A DNA stretch of 64,000 nucleotides from Halarcobacter sp. (GTDB lineage Bacteria; Campylobacterota; Campylobacteria; Campylobacterales; Arcobacteraceae), in assembly GCA_048571215.1 (NCBI GenBank), contig CP182352.1:160001-224000 (forward strand), written 5' to 3'. This document shows positions 20,318-31,121 of the stretch, one piece after another (the stretch's first letter is position 1; every line of letters begins with the position of its first letter). Under the pieces are notes generated by a model, which saw only the letters and a program-made list of their open reading frames with translations, had not been told where the DNA came from and ran no database searches. The translations under genes and the position numbers were made by a program.

Positions 20318-21967
20318 TTATAACATACACTCTTTTTTAGCTAATAATTCATTTAATATTGAGTGATTTAATGAATAATCAACTGCTAGGTCAATCAAGT
20401 GAACACCTTTACCGTTTACACACTCAGCTAATGTTTTTTCAAACTCTTCACAAGATTGAGGTCTATGTCCAGTTGCACCGTAACTTTCTGCATATTTAAC
20501 AAAATCTGGGTTTTCTAAGTCTAAACCATAAGTTTCAAATCCCATACCTGTTTGTTTCCATTTAATCATTCCATATGAGTTGTCATTTAAGATAACTACA
20601 GTTAAATCTAAACCTAATCTAACAGCTGTTTCCATCTCTTGTGAGTTCATCATAAATCCACCATCACCACAAACTGCAACAACTTTTGAATCTGGACATA
20701 CCATTTTTGCAGCCATACCAGAAGGTAGACCTGCACCCATAGTTGCAAGGGCATTGTCAAGTAATAATGTATTTGGTTGTGCACATCTATAGTTTCTTGC
20801 AAACCAGATTTTATATACACCATTATCAAGTGTTACAATATCTTTTTCATCTAAAGTTTGTCTAATAGTTCTTACTGCTTTTTGTGGTAAGATAGGAAAT
20901 CTTGTATCTCCAAAATATTTTGAAAGTCTAGTTCTAATCTCTTCTGCTAATCTAATATAATAATCAAAATCCCAGTGCTCTTGTTTTGAAATTGCATTTG
21001 TCATTTGAGTCATATTTTGAGCAATATCACCTATTACGTCCATTTGAGGGAAATAAGTATCATCTACTTCTGATGGGAAAAAGTTTATATGTAAAACTTT
21101 TGTTGCATCGGGATGGTTTTCCATAAAAAATGGTGGTTTTTCAATTACATCATGTCCAACATTGATGATTAAATCTGCTCTATCAATTGCACAATGAATA
21201 AAATCATCTTTTGATAATGCTGCTGTACTTAAACATAATTTGTGATTTTCATCAACAACCCCTTTACCCATTTGTGTAGAGAAAAATGGAATTCCTGTTT
21301 CATTTACAAAGTTAGTTAAGGCATCACCAATTCTACTTCTATTTGCACCTGCTCCAATTAGTAAAAGTGGTCTTTTTGCTTTTTCAATCATTTTTACCGC
21401 TTCTAATATTGCAGATTTTTCTGCATAAGGGTATCTAAATGAGTGAACTGGATAGATATTATCATCCACTTCCTCTTCTGCAATATCTTCAGGTAGTTCT
21501 ATATGAACAGCACCTGGTCTTTCTGTAGTAGCTATTTTAAATGCTTCTCTTACCATTGATGGTATATTGTTTCCATTTACAACTTGTTTAGCGTATTTAG
21601 TCATTGGTTTCATCATACCAACTATATCTACAATTTGAAATCTACCTTGTTTTGATTTTTTAATTGGTTTTTGACCAGTTATCATCATCATTGGCATACC
21701 ACCTAGTTGTGCATATGCTGCTGCTGTTGCAAAGTTAGTAGCCCCTGGCCCTAAAGTTGAAATACATACTCCAACTTTTCCTGTAAGTCTTCCATAAGTT
21801 GCAGCCATAAAACCTGCACCTTGTTCATGTCTTGTTAATATAAGTTTGATTTTCGATTGTCTTAAAGATTCTAAAAAGTCTAAGTTTTCTTCACCTGGAA
21901 TACCAAAAATATATTCAACACCTTCATTTTCTAATGCTTTTATAAATAAATCTGATGCTTTCATCAT
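20318..21967 (-). CDS. ThDP-dependent enzyme, acetolactate-synthase-large-subunit-like; candidate 2-oxoglutarate decarboxylase
   Basis: 'GVEYIFGIPGEENL', 'RHEQGAGFMA', 'TLGPGATN', ThDP motif 'GDGGFMM...NDNSYG'. No ilvH/ilvN small subunit adjacent. Confidence 0.85.
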   Translation of the reverse strand: MMKASDLFIKALENEGVEYIFGIPGEENLDFLESLRQSKIKLILTRHEQGAGFMAATYGRLTGKVGVCISTLGPGATNFATAAAYAQLGGMPMMMITGQKPIKKSKQGRFQIVDIVGMMKPMTKYAKQVVNGNNIPSMVREAFKIATTERPGAVHIELPEDIAEEEVDDNIYPVHSFRYPYAEKSAILEAVKMIEKAKRPLLLIGAGANRSRIGDALTNFVNETGIPFFSTQMGKGVVDENHKLCLSTAALSKDDFIHCAIDRADLIINVGHDVIEKPPFFMENHPDATKVLHINFFPSEVDDTYFPQMDVIGDIAQNMTQMTNAISKQEHWDFDYYIRLAEEIRTRLSKYFGDTRFPILPQKAVRTIRQTLDEKDIVTLDNGVYKIWFARNYRCAQPNTLLLDNALATMGAGLPSGMAAKMVCPDSKVVAVCGDGGFMMNSQEMETAVRLGLDLTVVILNDNSYGMIKWKQTGMGFETYGLDLENPDFVKYAESYGATGHRPQSCEEFEKTLAECVNGKGVHLIDLAVDYSLNHSILNELLAKKECML

Positions 21968-22249
21968 ATCTCCGTTTTTTTTTATTAATTTATACCGTAG
22001 TGTCCCACAAAATGTTTTAAATAGTTGTTAAAAATTATAAATAAATTAAATCAAAATGGTAAAATTTATACAAGTGCGAATAAACGACACATAGATTATT
22101 AAATATTATTTTAACTTTAAATAAATACATTAAAACTTTATATTATTTTAACCTAAGTTTACATATATTTTAATTGTAATTACAATATTGTTAGTTAAAT
22201 TTTTGTTTTTTTTGATACAATTATTTATAACTAGTTTAGGTTGAAACAT

Positions 22250-23860
22250 ATGGATAAAGATTACAATTTTTTTGATAATATTACTATATATACGGATATT
22301 GAAGGCAATATAATTGAAGTAGATGATAGCTATTTAAAAATTATTAATAAAAAAATTAGTGATATTATTGGAAAAAAAGAAACAGATTTTTTAGAAATTA
22401 GCTCTAAGTCACAAAATTGTCAGTACAAAAAGTTTTTAAATACTGAAAATTCTACACTTATAGAAGAGGAGCAAATTAATTATCCTTTTGGTTTAAGATA
22501 TTACAAGAGTAAAAAAGAACTACTTACTCAAAATCAACAACAAATAATTCAAATAACAAGAAGAGATATAACAGAGTATAAACAATATATAAATATGTAT
22601 CATTCTGAGAGTAAAATTTTAGGATATATTGCAAAGGGTAAAAAAATAGAGTTTATTTTAGATGAGATAATTAAATCTGTAGAATCAAAAAATTCTAAAA
22701 TGGTTTGTTCTATATTATTGCTTGATGAGAGTAAAAAAAGATTAATTAAGTGTGCAGCTCCATCTATCCCTGAATATTTTAGTGATAAAATAAATGGGAT
22801 GGAGATTGGAGAAAAAGTTGGTTCATGTGGGGCTGCAGTTTTTCTTAAAAAAAGAGTGATTGTAGAGGATATTAGTACACATGAGAACTGGAAATCAGCA
22901 AAATACTTAGCTGCTAAATTTGATTTACATGCTTGTTGGTCTCAACCTATATTTTCATCGGAAAATGAGATTTTAGGTTCTTTTGCAATTTATTATAAAA
23001 CAATTAAAAAACCATCAAAATTTGATATTGATTTAATAGAAAATGTAGCAAATATTACAGGTGTTGCTATTGAAAAACATATAAATAATGAAAAGTTAAA
23101 AAGGGAAAGAAAAGAGAAAAAACAACAAGAAGAGCTTTTACTTCATAAGTCTAAACAAGCAATGATGGGAGAGATGTTAGAGAATATAGCCCATCAATGG
23201 AGACAACCTTTATCTGTTATTTCTACATATGCAACTGGTATCATGATGAAAAAAGAGCATGGTATGTGTACAAAAGATTTGGAAAAAGATGCTTTTGAAG
23301 CAATAAATTTAAATGCTCAATATCTATCAAATACCATAGAAAATTTTAGAAAATTCTTTTTATCAAATAGCGAAAAAGTAAACTTTTTTGTTGAGGATTC
23401 AATTGATTATACTCTAAAACTAGTAGAAGCTAGATTTAAAAATTTAAATATAAAATTAATAAATGAGATTGATAGTTCAGAAATTTATAATTATCGAAAT
23501 GAGTTAACTCAAGTATTTATGAATATTTTTAATAATAGTGCAGATGCTTTAGAAGATGTAGATATAGATTCTCGTTATATTCAAGTTAGATCATACAAAG
23601 AAATAAATAGAGTAAAAATAATAATCATTGATTCAGCAAATGGGGCTAAAAGTGATATTATACCTAAATTATTTGAACCATATTTCACAACAAAAGAGGA
23701 AAACTATGGTACAGGTATTGGATTGTTTATGTGTTATGAGATTATTGTAAAACATATGAAAGGTACTATAACTGCAAAAAATAGTAGTTTTAAATTAGAT
23801 GATAAATCTTTTACTGGTTTGGAATTTACTATTAGTTTACCAATTGAGTTAGAGGATTAA
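22250..23860 (+). CDS. Cytoplasmic PAS/GAF sensor histidine kinase
   Basis: PAS-like start, GAF ('GSCGAAVF...ACWSQPI...GSFAIY'), 'IAHQWRQPL', 'FEPYFTTK', 'GTGIGL'. Confidence 0.88.
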   Translation: MDKDYNFFDNITIYTDIEGNIIEVDDSYLKIINKKISDIIGKKETDFLEISSKSQNCQYKKFLNTENSTLIEEEQINYPFGLRYYKSKKELLTQNQQQIIQITRRDITEYKQYINMYHSESKILGYIAKGKKIEFILDEIIKSVESKNSKMVCSILLLDESKKRLIKCAAPSIPEYFSDKINGMEIGEKVGSCGAAVFLKKRVIVEDISTHENWKSAKYLAAKFDLHACWSQPIFSSENEILGSFAIYYKTIKKPSKFDIDLIENVANITGVAIEKHINNEKLKRERKEKKQQEELLLHKSKQAMMGEMLENIAHQWRQPLSVISTYATGIMMKKEHGMCTKDLEKDAFEAINLNAQYLSNTIENFRKFFLSNSEKVNFFVEDSIDYTLKLVEARFKNLNIKLINEIDSSEIYNYRNELTQVFMNIFNNSADALEDVDIDSRYIQVRSYKEINRVKIIIIDSANGAKSDIIPKLFEPYFTTKEENYGTGIGLFMCYEIIVKHMKGTITAKNSSFKLDDKSFTGLEFTISLPIELED

Positions 23861-25875
23861 ATCTCCTCTTTTATCTCAATTAGTTTATCTATTTTATTAA
23901 TAAATTCATCTTTTTTTGATTCTACAAAATTAATTCTATCTTTGTTTATATCTGTGTACTGATTTTTAGAGTATTGTATAATCTTATAAAGATAATTTCT
24001 TTTTGATGTTAAAAAATCTTCAATTTTTTCAAAACCAAAATTTGCTTTTAGTTTTGTCAAAATCTCATCTTCTCTTGGATGATATATATTAAATTTTGTT
24101 GGTTCTTTTTCAAATAAGATTACTGATTCTGCTATTTGTTGCTCAAAGTGCGCAATAGTTGCTTGTGTTGTTTGAATGAAAGAGTATGACAAAGCTCCAT
24201 TAAAATATGCAAATTTTTTCTTAAGTGCTGAAATATTTTCTAATATTGCCTTATGATAGTGTCTAAGAACATTTTCATAAACTTTTGCAGCAAAGTGTCT
24301 TGTTGCAGAAAACTCAGCATCAGAAGCAATCTCTCTGTGTTTTTTTATAAGTTCATAGGGTTCTTGCCATCTATGAACTTTGTGTTTTACATTTCTATAA
24401 ACATCTATAAAAGCTTCTGCCGCATTTAGCTCTATTTGTTTTAATTGTCTAATAGCTTTTTTAAACATTTTATCTATTGTTTGATCATCATAAAATAGGT
24501 TTTTATATACATTATCACTATCAATCCAATATGATTCATACTCGATTTTTTCAAAACTGTCTTTATTTAGAAAACCTGCTTTTTTCTCAAACCTATTTGC
24601 TTTTTGTTTTTTTACATTTATATAGGTTTCATGTGCCATTTTTTCCATAGTTGCCTCTAAAGAGTTATAGATATCAAAAAGTTGTTTTGAGTAGGTTTTA
24701 TGGATATTATCAAAACATTCTAAAATCTCTTGTTCACTAGTTTCTAATATTTCTGATAAAGAGTCATAAACACCTAAAATAGTTTTATACTCTTTTACTA
24801 AAATATCACAAATACCTCTTAAATCTTTTTTAATAGCAAACTCTTTTGCATCAGCTGCTTGTGGTCTAATAGTATTTTCAATAAACTCTAAAACTTCATT
24901 GATATTAGATTCTTTTAAAAGTTTCATATCACCTGACATATCTTTTGTTTGTATCTCTTGGATACCCTTATGAAACTCTTCAAATTTCTCTTTAAAAAAG
25001 TCTAGTGAATCAACTTCAATATTTTTGTTTAGTTCTTTTTTAAAATCTTTTGTAATTGAATCAAATTTATCATCAAGTAATACCCTTTTTTGATGTTGTC
25101 TTGAATCAAGAGCTTGTTTTGCAGATATTGGAGTAACTTGAGAAAAATATTTTGAAAATTTCTCTTTTACATATTTTGTTGTAGTGTCTATTTGTTCTTG
25201 GGTAAATTTATCTTTTTGATTTAAAACACATAATGATTTGTTTTGAAAGTGTTGCATATACTCTTCAAGAACTTCTGCTTCAGACAATTTCCCTGCATTA
25301 TCTATAAGTGTTAACCAAATAATACCACCAACATCCCTTAATACTCTTCTTGTTGTATCTGTATCACTTTGAGATTGTGAATTTAAACCTGGGGTATCCA
25401 CAAAAGATATATCTTTTAATATATCCATTGGAGCATAAAGCGTTAGGTATTTTATATCACTCATCTCATCTTTTCTTTGATCTGTAAAATCAGCAATAGC
25501 TTCAATTGGGGCGTATTCTTGTGCCCCTGAGTAGTAAGTGATTTTTAATTTATACTCATCCCCATAGTTGATAAAGTTTACTTTCGAAGTTACAGGAGTG
25601 ATTCCTGTTGGCAAAATATTTTTAGAAAGTAGGGCATTTAAAAAGGTTGATTTACCTGAAGAAAACTGTCCCGTGATTGCAACTTCCATAGGGTATCTAG
25701 CCCGTCTAATTTGCTTATCTAAAATTGATTTTAATTGAACAGATGGCAAAAAATCAGGGGTTAGAAGCTTATTTCTAACTTTTTTAATATCTCCAACTAA
25801 ACCCTCTTCATAAATCTCTTTAGCTTCAAGAAACTTTTCATTGTACTCTTTTACAAAACCACTTAAGATACTCAT
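23857..25875 (-). CDS. Bacterial dynamin-like GTPase (second of pair)
   Basis: G1 'GQFSSGKS', 'LPTGITPVT', G3 'DTPG', G4 'NQKD', long helical tail. Confidence 0.88.
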   Translation of the reverse strand: MSILSGFVKEYNEKFLEAKEIYEEGLVGDIKKVRNKLLTPDFLPSVQLKSILDKQIRRARYPMEVAITGQFSSGKSTFLNALLSKNILPTGITPVTSKVNFINYGDEYKLKITYYSGAQEYAPIEAIADFTDQRKDEMSDIKYLTLYAPMDILKDISFVDTPGLNSQSQSDTDTTRRVLRDVGGIIWLTLIDNAGKLSEAEVLEEYMQHFQNKSLCVLNQKDKFTQEQIDTTTKYVKEKFSKYFSQVTPISAKQALDSRQHQKRVLLDDKFDSITKDFKKELNKNIEVDSLDFFKEKFEEFHKGIQEIQTKDMSGDMKLLKESNINEVLEFIENTIRPQAADAKEFAIKKDLRGICDILVKEYKTILGVYDSLSEILETSEQEILECFDNIHKTYSKQLFDIYNSLEATMEKMAHETYINVKKQKANRFEKKAGFLNKDSFEKIEYESYWIDSDNVYKNLFYDDQTIDKMFKKAIRQLKQIELNAAEAFIDVYRNVKHKVHRWQEPYELIKKHREIASDAEFSATRHFAAKVYENVLRHYHKAILENISALKKKFAYFNGALSYSFIQTTQATIAHFEQQIAESVILFEKEPTKFNIYHPREDEILTKLKANFGFEKIEDFLTSKRNYLYKIIQYSKNQYTDINKDRINFVESKKDEFINKIDKLIEIKEEI

Positions 25876-28205
25876 GATTTAAGTCCTTTGCTAATAGCTT
25901 CAAGTTTTTTTATCTTTTTATGAATTTTGATTGTCATTTCATCTTTATTTGTTTCATTCTCTTCGAAAGTTGCAATTCTATTTTGTAAAGTTTTTTCATC
26001 TTTTTTTAATTTATGTTCAAAAACCTCTAAAGGTTCAGCAATTTGTTTGAAAAAGTTTTCAATTAGAACTTCAGAGATAGTATTTGCTTTCTCTTTTATA
26101 CTCTTTTCAATAGGTGAGAATTGCTCTTTGATAAAAACTTCTATTGTTCTATCAAATTCAGGAAGTTTTTTTGCAGTGCTTTTATTTACTTCATTTATAA
26201 TTTTTGAGATTAATACCTCATTTGAAGCGGTTAAAAATCCAGATTTAAAATCATCTTGGAAAAAACCCCTTGCATCAAAGTTATCATTTTTATGTCCAAG
26301 TGTGAAGCCCAAATCTTGATATTTTTGTTCACAAATCTCCCCAATACTTTGAGATTTTTTAATAAACTTATATCTATAATCCCTAATGATATCTATAATT
26401 CCATCTTTTATTGCTGTTTCTATTATAGTTCTTATTCTAGAACTAGGGGGTCTTTTTTTTGTTTTTTCTAACGAGTACTTAACATCATTAAATACCCTTT
26501 GTTTTATAATATTTTGTAAATCAATAAGTTCTGTTGATAAAAAAGTTTCTAAAGTTTCAAGGTAATTTTTTGCATCATTTTTGTAGATATTTATATCTTC
26601 GTTCATACTTGCAAAAATCTTTTCATTTGTCTCTTTTTTTATATTGAAATTTTTTAAATCCTCTTCAAGTTCCTCTTTTGATTTTGATAAAAGTATTAGT
26701 TCATAATTAAAAGATTTCAACTCTTTTTCTATAGATTTAAGAATTTGTGTTTTTGTACCTTTTATTATTAAATCAGATTTAGATGAGTTTGCACCAAAAA
26801 GAGTATCTTCTAAATACTCTTCTATCTCTAAAATTCCTGTATCTTCAATTGAATATCCAGCTTCTAAAGCCTCTTTTTCTCTTCCAGTTCTATGAAGTAG
26901 TGCCATTCTTCCAGAGATTGGAACAAATTTAATACTACTTAAAATATAATCTAGCTTGCTATCTTTATTTTGGGCTTTTAATTGAGCTTTGATTGATGAC
27001 TTGGTATAGTCTATAACCTCTTGAAGTTGCTCTTTTGATACTGTATCAGCTCTTGTTATTACTATTAGAAGTTTTGTAATATTTTGGTAAAGTAGGGCAT
27101 CTATTATAAACTCTACATCTTTAAGTGTTGCACTTTGACTTACATTCATCAAATGAAGCATTAAATCACATTTGGCTAAATACTCTTTTGTTATCTCCTC
27201 CCTTTGAATAACTGGGTCATCTAATCCTGGAGTATCAACTATCTCTATACCATCACTTAAAAATTTTAAATCAGATTTTAGTTCTACATATTTTATTAGG
27301 TTGCATTTTTTGCCACTTGCTTCTGCTGAAGTATATAAAGCTAAGTCTTTTATATTTACATCTTCACTTTTTGATTCTTCTTTTATTAAAGAGTCTAATT
27401 GGTCTGCAAATATTTTTTTAGTCTCTTCTACAAACTCTTTGATTGATTCTATTTCATTCCCAGTTGTTTCTATTTTCTCCCATTCACTTTTATTCCAGTA
27501 AAAAACTTTTGCTTCTGGTTTACCATGTTTTACTATTGTAAGGGTTGCTGTTTCTGGAACAACTGCACTTCCAAGTATCTCTTGTCCCATTAAGGCATTT
27601 AGCATAGTAGATTTTCCAGCATTCATAACCCCTGTTATACCTATAGAAAATTTTTGATTATCTAAATATTTTTGTGTATTCTCAAGTTCAGCTTTAAAAT
27701 CAGGAGTGATAAATATATTTTTTAAATCCTCTAATAATTTATCTAAGTTAGCTTTTGATTCTTTAAAGGATTTTGTACTAGTTAAAATAGGAGTGTTAGC
27801 TGATTGTTCCTCATCTGTGATAAGTTCATTTGGGTCAAATAATGAGATTAGTTTTTTGTAGTCTGCTTCATTAAGTATATTTTCATCATATAGGTATTTA
27901 AAGCCATTATGTAACTCTTCTAAATGGGATTTTTTTGTTTCATATTTTATAGCTTCAACTAAGCAGTGTTGAAATTGGTGTAACTCATCTAAGTTTTTTA
28001 CCTCTTTTAAAGTTACATGGTTGATTAGTTTTTTAAAACTATCTAAGGTGATAAATCTTTCATAATCTTTTCTTGTAGCACTTAGAACCATAGCTGCAAC
28101 ATCAAAAAATTCATCTTTGTTTTTATTTTCCAAAGTACCAAAGGTTGTAGTTGGTTCTATATGAATACCATGATAGAGTAAGAAGTAATCATTAGTTAAT
28201 GGCAT
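25872..28205 (-). CDS. Bacterial dynamin-like GTPase (first of pair)
   Basis: G1 'GVMNAGKS', 'VVPET', 'DTPG', 'TRAD'; ATGA overlap with its partner. Confidence 0.88.
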   Translation of the reverse strand: MPLTNDYFLLYHGIHIEPTTTFGTLENKNKDEFFDVAAMVLSATRKDYERFITLDSFKKLINHVTLKEVKNLDELHQFQHCLVEAIKYETKKSHLEELHNGFKYLYDENILNEADYKKLISLFDPNELITDEEQSANTPILTSTKSFKESKANLDKLLEDLKNIFITPDFKAELENTQKYLDNQKFSIGITGVMNAGKSTMLNALMGQEILGSAVVPETATLTIVKHGKPEAKVFYWNKSEWEKIETTGNEIESIKEFVEETKKIFADQLDSLIKEESKSEDVNIKDLALYTSAEASGKKCNLIKYVELKSDLKFLSDGIEIVDTPGLDDPVIQREEITKEYLAKCDLMLHLMNVSQSATLKDVEFIIDALLYQNITKLLIVITRADTVSKEQLQEVIDYTKSSIKAQLKAQNKDSKLDYILSSIKFVPISGRMALLHRTGREKEALEAGYSIEDTGILEIEEYLEDTLFGANSSKSDLIIKGTKTQILKSIEKELKSFNYELILLSKSKEELEEDLKNFNIKKETNEKIFASMNEDINIYKNDAKNYLETLETFLSTELIDLQNIIKQRVFNDVKYSLEKTKKRPPSSRIRTIIETAIKDGIIDIIRDYRYKFIKKSQSIGEICEQKYQDLGFTLGHKNDNFDARGFFQDDFKSGFLTASNEVLISKIINEVNKSTAKKLPEFDRTIEVFIKEQFSPIEKSIKEKANTISEVLIENFFKQIAEPLEVFEHKLKKDEKTLQNRIATFEENETNKDEMTIKIHKKIKKLEAISKGLKS

Positions 28206-28331
28206 TTTTTTCCTTTCAGTAATGAAACTTTTAATAAATAAAAATTGTTTTCATTACAACTGATAATTTCAATAGGTCTAATATAAAATATTAATTAAAT
28301 TTTCAAACTAATTTATTTGTCCTTAAAATAG

Positions 28332-28404
28332 AAAAAGCCAATTATTCCTAAGAATAATTGACTTTTTTTACTTTTTATAAGGGAAGGAACTCCTTCCCTT
28401 ATAA
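28332..28404 (-). terminator. Tandem hairpins/terminator after frdB
   Basis: Perfect TTATAAGGGAAGGA-AC-TCCTTCCCTTATAA (28375-28404), plus AAAAAGCCAATTATTC...GAATAATTGACTTTTT with T-tails. Confidence 0.7.
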
Positions 28405-29136
28405 TTATCTTAGAGATACTAGCTTTCTTCTTAAATAAGCTATTTTATTTTGTAGTGGTAAATGTTTTGGACAGTGGTCTTCGCATGCCATTAATGACAT
28501 ACAACCAAAGATACCATCATCATCACCAATTAATTCATAATAATCTTCTGCAGATCTGTTATCATGTGGATCTACTTCAAATCTTGCAACTCTATTTAAT
28601 CCAACAGGACCAACAAAATCAGGTCTCATTAGCATAGTACCACAAGATGCAACACAAATACCACACTCAATACATCTATCAAGTTCAAATGTATCATTTG
28701 CTACATCTGGATCAATTCTCTCTTCAAGTTTAGTGATATCATGTTTTTCATTTGTATGAATCCATGATTCAACTCTTTTAGACATTTTATCCATCCATTT
28801 ACCAGTATTAACAGATAAATCTTTGATTAATTCAAATGCTGGCATTGGAAGAAGAGTGATTACCCCATCAGGATAGTTTGCAACAAGTGTTCTACAAGCT
28901 AGGGCTGGTTTACCATTTACAACCATACCACAAGAACCACAAATTCCTGCTCTACATACAAAATCAAAAGATAAATCAGGGTCAATATGCTCTCTAATTT
29001 GTGTTAATGCAATAAAAAGAGTCATCCCTGGAGTTTCTTCAAGTTTATACTCTACATAGTGAGGTTTAGAAACCGCACTTCTTGGATTGAATTTAAGTAC
29101 TTTAATTGTAACTTCTCTACCTTTTGCTGTACTCAT
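28405..29136 (-). CDS. frdB: Fumarate reductase iron-sulfur subunit
   Basis: 'CRAGICGSC', '[11 protein letters not shown]', '[12 protein letters not shown]'. Confidence 0.96.
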   Translation of the reverse strand: MSTAKGREVTIKVLKFNPRSAVSKPHYVEYKLEETPGMTLFIALTQIREHIDPDLSFDFVCRAGICGSCGMVVNGKPALACRTLVANYPDGVITLLPMPAFELIKDLSVNTGKWMDKMSKRVESWIHTNEKHDITKLEERIDPDVANDTFELDRCIECGICVASCGTMLMRPDFVGPVGLNRVARFEVDPHDNRSAEDYYELIGDDDGIFGCMSLMACEDHCPKHLPLQNKIAYLRRKLVSLR

Positions 29137-31121
29137 TACTTATCTCCTACTCTTTCATTTTTATCTTTATAGTTCATTGGTAAATCAAATGGCATAAGTG
29201 CATCTTGAATCTCATGTCTATCTTTACCTTCAGCTTGCATTTTTTCAGTAATTTCATCAACTTCTGCTTGTCTTTTTGCTGAAAGCTCATTTTCTATAAT
29301 CATACCCTTAGCACCATATCCTCTAAATGCAGGAGGCATCTCCATTTTCATAATATCTAATGGTTCATATGTGATTTCAGGTTCTATTGCATCTTTTGAT
29401 GGCCAAGATGTTAATGTTCTATTTAACCAATTTGCATCATCTCTTTTTAGATAATCTTCTCTATAGTGTGCCCCTCTTGACTCAGTTCTATCTCTTGCAC
29501 CTTTAGCAACACATAATGCAACTTTTAACATTTTTGGAACTCTATATGCATCTTCTAGTTCTGGGTTTCCAGCTCTTTCTTTAGATTTTACATTGATTTG
29601 TTTAGTTTTTTGTAATAACTCTTTTAACTCTTCAACTGCTTCAGCTAAGTGTGGACCATCTCTAAAGATACCAACTTTATCATCCATAAGTTGTTTCATT
29701 CTATTTTTGATTTTATAGATATCTTCACTTCCATTATAAGATAATATCTCTTCTAAATAAGCATTTTGCTCATCTAAGAATTTTTGAACAGTTTTAGTAG
29801 GAATCGTTACATCATTTTCTAAACAAAAATCAGCAAAATAGTTACCAATAATCATACCAGCAACAACTGTTTCAGAAACTGAGTTTCCTCCAAGTCTATT
29901 AAATCCATGCATATCCCAACAAGCAGCTTCACCACAAGCGAAAAGTCCAGATAAGTTTTGAGATTCACCTGTTGGTTTAGTTCTAATTCCACCCATTGAG
30001 TAGTGTTGCATAGGAAGTACTGGAGCCCAACCTTTTGGACCTTCATCAGCAGGATCAATACCATTAAAGATTTCACAAATCTCTTGTACATCTCTTAGGT
30101 TTCTTTCGATGTGCTCTCTACCTAAAATAGAGATATCTAACCATACATGGAAACCATAAGGAGAAGGTACACCTTTACCATTTCTAATATGTTCAATCAT
30201 TCTTCTAGAAACAACGTCTCTTGAAGCAAGCTCTTTTTTCTCAGGTTCATAATCTGGCATAAATCTATGTCCATCAACATCTCTTAAGATACCACCATCA
30301 CCTCTACAACCTTCAGTTAATAAAATACCTGATGGTACAATTGGAGTTGGGTGAAATTGAACAGCTTCCATATTTCCTAAAGTTGCAATTCCAGTTTCAA
30401 GAACAATACCTTGACCTGTACCTTCACAAATAACTGCATTTGTAGTTTGTTTAAATACTCTTCCATAACCACCAGTAGCAATACATGTTCCTTTTGCTAC
30501 ATATGCTTCTAATTCACCAGTAATTAAATCTCTTACAATAGCACCATAACATCTTTTATCTTCATGGATAAGTGATAATGCTTCTTTTCTATCTCTAATA
30601 TCAACATCATGTTTTAAAGCTTCATTTGCAACACCAAATAACATTGTATGTCCTGTTGCATCCGCTGTATAACATGTTCTCCATTTTTTTGTACCACCAA
30701 AATCTCTTGATGTGATTAGACCATGTCTATCTTCATCTTCAGTAATAGTTGTTTTTTTAGCATTGATAACAGCTTCTCTTGTACCAGCTTTTACTCTAGA
30801 CCAAGGCACACCCCAACCTGCTAATTCTCTAATAGCTTTTGGCGCAGTATGTACGAACATTCTTGCAACATCTTGGTCACATCCCCAGTCAGAACCCTTT
30901 ACAGTATCTGCAAAGTGTAAATCTTCATTATCACCATCTGACATTTTAGAGTTACCTAAAGATGCTTGCATACCACCTTGTGCAGCAGCACTATGAGATC
31001 TCTTAACAGGAACTAAAGATAATACAACTGTACTTAAACCTTTTTTTTGTGCAGCAACAGCAGCTCTTAAACCTGCTAATCCTCCACCAATAACTAATGC
31101 ATCACAGTAATTAATTTTCAT
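29136..31121 (-). CDS. frdA: Fumarate reductase flavoprotein subunit
   Basis: 'GGGLAG', '[10 protein letters not shown]', 'QFHPT', 'HYSMGG', '[10 protein letters not shown]'. Confidence 0.97.
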   Translation of the reverse strand: MKINYCDALVIGGGLAGLRAAVAAQKKGLSTVVLSLVPVKRSHSAAAQGGMQASLGNSKMSDGDNEDLHFADTVKGSDWGCDQDVARMFVHTAPKAIRELAGWGVPWSRVKAGTREAVINAKKTTITEDEDRHGLITSRDFGGTKKWRTCYTADATGHTMLFGVANEALKHDVDIRDRKEALSLIHEDKRCYGAIVRDLITGELEAYVAKGTCIATGGYGRVFKQTTNAVICEGTGQGIVLETGIATLGNMEAVQFHPTPIVPSGILLTEGCRGDGGILRDVDGHRFMPDYEPEKKELASRDVVSRRMIEHIRNGKGVPSPYGFHVWLDISILGREHIERNLRDVQEICEIFNGIDPADEGPKGWAPVLPMQHYSMGGIRTKPTGESQNLSGLFACGEAACWDMHGFNRLGGNSVSETVVAGMIIGNYFADFCLENDVTIPTKTVQKFLDEQNAYLEEILSYNGSEDIYKIKNRMKQLMDDKVGIFRDGPHLAEAVEELKELLQKTKQINVKSKERAGNPELEDAYRVPKMLKVALCVAKGARDRTESRGAHYREDYLKRDDANWLNRTLTSWPSKDAIEPEITYEPLDIMKMEMPPAFRGYGAKGMIIENELSAKRQAEVDEITEKMQAEGKDRHEIQDALMPFDLPMNYKDKNERVGDK

